DNA of 55,747 nucleotides from Batkoa obscura (Eukaryota): NCBI GenBank assembly GCA_030770535.1, contig JASVEC010000108.1, positions 1 to 55,747 of the forward strand, read 5' to 3'. Shown piece by piece: positions 53,000 to 55,747 of this stretch (position 1 is its first letter; each line of letters starts with the position of its first letter). The notes under the pieces were generated by a model. It saw only the letters and a program-made list of their open reading frames with translations, ran no database searches and was not told where the DNA came from. The position numbers and the translations under genes were made by a program.

Positions 53000-55740
53000 T
53001 TAATGAGGTGGACGGTTTGCATTATAAGCAAAACCACCGGGCCCTATTGGTGGTTGACTTTGAGGTGGAGGGGGAAAATAAGCCGGTGCAGGGCCATTAT
53101 AGGCCGTAGGATCTATATAATTGGCAGGTGGATTCATACCATTTAATGGATAGCTATTATTATTATTGTAAGCACCAGGATAGGGGGTCGGTGGCTGTGA
53201 TGTAATTCTAGTTTTGTAAGCTCTTTTCCCACGACATATACAAGAGCATAAACAAGATAATAATATTAAACCAAGTCCAACGCCAACAACAATCGCTATG
53301 ATTTTATTATTTTGAAACCAGGTAAGTATGGTATCAACTATAAACAAAATTAGCTAAACTGAATTAAAATAATACAAAACTTACAAAAGTTACCACCAAC
53401 ACATTTCCCTTTATCACAAAATTGATTATTACCACATTGGGTACCATCAGCGAAATCACCCGCCATGCTATAGCATGTTAACAAAGAATCTTCTGAAGCA
53501 CAAGTCAATTTACAAGGAGCGTTATTGAAATTTGAACATGCTTTACTTAATAGTACATTAGTACCCTGAGATCTAGATTTACATTGAGCATCTCTAGAAG
53601 TACATAATCCATTGGCGCATTTTAAATCACCACTTGTTGAATTACATGGTGTACCATTATCTAAAAAGATATCTTTTGGACATTCTCCACTTTTTCCATC
53701 ACACACTTCTTCAAGGTCACATTCTCCTGCTTTTTTACGGCAGACTACACCAGAAGATTTGACTTTGCAACCATTACAGCAAGCATCATTTTGATCACTA
53801 TTATTGTTAATTTAAAATTTTATTTTGTTATTTAATAATAAACTTACTCGCATTGTGCCCCATTTTTAAATTTACAAGTTTTAGGGTCACAACATTGATT
53901 ATCTTTACAACCTGCTTCACCACCACAATCACAATCTTCTCCCTTTTCACGAATACCGTTACCACACATTGCTTCGGAATAAGTGGGTATAGAACCAGAT
54001 GAAGAGAGACATGAACCAGAAGATGAAATGGTGGAGCACATTGATCTAAGTGAACAAGGACTAAAAAATAGAAATTTATAAAATAAAATTAAAAATTTCA
54101 ATTAAAAAGTGAATTACCTAAAATCAAGACTTTTTGGTGTACTTGATGGATTCATTAAATATTTCCCTTTACAATCACAATCCCCATCACAAGGACAACA
54201 GCCTAAACATGATCTTCCAGAACATGGACAATCGCTTGAAGTACAATCATGTTGAGCACCAAAATTATGTCCAATTTCATGAGCTACTACTTTCCATGTT
54301 TCCTCTGTTACTGAAGATACTCCGGTTCCTGTGTCTCCTTGCAAGCCTCCTTTATAACAAAGTTAATATAAATAAAATGCTTAGACTTTTAATACTACCT
54401 CTAGCATCCCCTCTTGAAGAAGCGCATAAAGTACCAAGGTAAGCTAAACCAACTTGTGGACCTGATCTAATTAAAAATGAATAAAAATTGAAGTTTTATG
54501 AACAAATCAACTTACTTGCAATCGGTCATAAGATGCCAAAGGCCAGTATCATCTCTACCTTTCTTATCTCTCCAACTGGAGAAATCACCTAATCTGTTTT
54601 CCATAGTATAACCAGTATCACATTTTCTATTCCATGGAGTATCTGAACTTGGTGAACTTGGACAAGAATCAGAATTAGCTTCAATTTTTATAATTCCTAT
54701 TTTTATATTGAAATTCCTTTCATATAATTGAGATACCGTATTCCATTCATGAATAATTTGTTTTTTGGCGTTTTCTGGAGTTTTGTACTTAGCTATGTAG
54801 TTACAATCAGCTGCGACACCCATATATAACACGCGTTTCTTCATGTCACAGCCATAATTTGAACCAGAATCTCTTCTCCACAGTTTGGAATTTGATAACC
54901 AAGAATGAACGATATTTTTTTTGCTTAAAAATACATCATGATTTTTATTGGTACCACAAGAATATTTTACTCCATTTTCATTGTTATTATTGATTGAAGT
55001 TGAAAGATAAATGACACTATTTGCTTTTGAATGTTTATAACTTCTTACATTTGAATTTGGTATAACGGCATCTTCTTTTTTTCTTTGATCATTAAATTGT
55101 TTTATTGGTTTTATATTATATAACTCATCTTGGTATGTAAATACTCCTTGATAACTCAATCCTTCATTTCTATAAATGGTAAATAAATATTTAAGGTAGT
55201 CATCTAATAGATCTTACTCATCTTCATGAATCATAATACTAGCCCAACCCGTTTTATGTTCTGGTTCATATTCTAAAGCTAACCATTCATGATCCAAATT
55301 CTTCATCTCTTTACTCTCTTCATTGATCACCAAACCTTTATAAATTAAAAAATCCTTTTCATCTAATTTTGAACTTTGTTTTTGACCATCTATTAACTCC
55401 ACCATCTTTGCTTTTTTATGAATTAACTCCGTACTTGGTTCTAAATAGATTTTAAACGTTTTATTATAAGCGCTAATACTCAATGATAATCGTGAGTCAT
55501 GCTTCAATTTATCATTTAAAACTATTTGGTCTCTTCTTTGTAATTTATTTAATTGCTCAATACTTGGAAGCAACCGAACTTTAGGTTCCATGTATTCATA
55601 ATATTTTATTATTCCTTCAGGTTCTTGAAGAGAATGAGCTAAAAAAGATTAATCACTTGATATAAAGTCTCAATATCGTAATTACCTAAGGTTGATATAA
55701 TATTAACTATTAAATAGATTAAATAAAATTTAATAAACAT
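53000..55740 (-). CDS. ADAM-family zinc metalloprotease/disintegrin (8 exons)
   Basis: Signal-peptide exon MFIKFYLIYLIVNIISTL (55740-55686), prodomain with cysteine switch SCG, HEIGHNFGAQHD, Met-turn YLMNP, disintegrin CGNG..E.GEDCDCG, Cys-rich region, TM helix and Pro-rich tail. Confidence 0.95.
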
Positions 55741-55747
55741 TTAAAAA

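Overview
This is very AT-rich eukaryotic genomic DNA with short (mostly ~45-70 nt) GT-AG introns. Gene content (APSES factor, BRCT-WGR PARP, fungal ADAM) indicates a fungus, probably an early-diverging lineage (inference). About 17 protein-coding genes can be reconstructed: YKT6, Rab11/Ypt31, a NIPA-like transporter, PHAF1/UPF0183, Mog1, a Nudix hydrolase, a StuA-type APSES factor, PARP, mitochondrial bL32, Rap1/Rsr1, three MFS transporters, an ADAM protease and three poorly characterised proteins. The main unannotated system is a DNA transposon family. It comprises two near-identical 2.4-kb elements encoding a Sola(2)-like DDD transposase (GRG termini, ~22-bp imperfect TIRs, 4-bp TSD), one older deleted copy, and at least 18 copies of a ~98-bp MITE that shares the termini, a subterminal motif and AT-rich 4-bp TSDs. 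Also notable are a protein ending in a domain resembling bacterial polymorphic-toxin RNases, an intronless bacterial-like MFS transporter, two solo LTR-like repeats, several foldback elements and a GC-rich multi-hairpin segment. All family assignments come from motif recognition by eye; no database searches were run.
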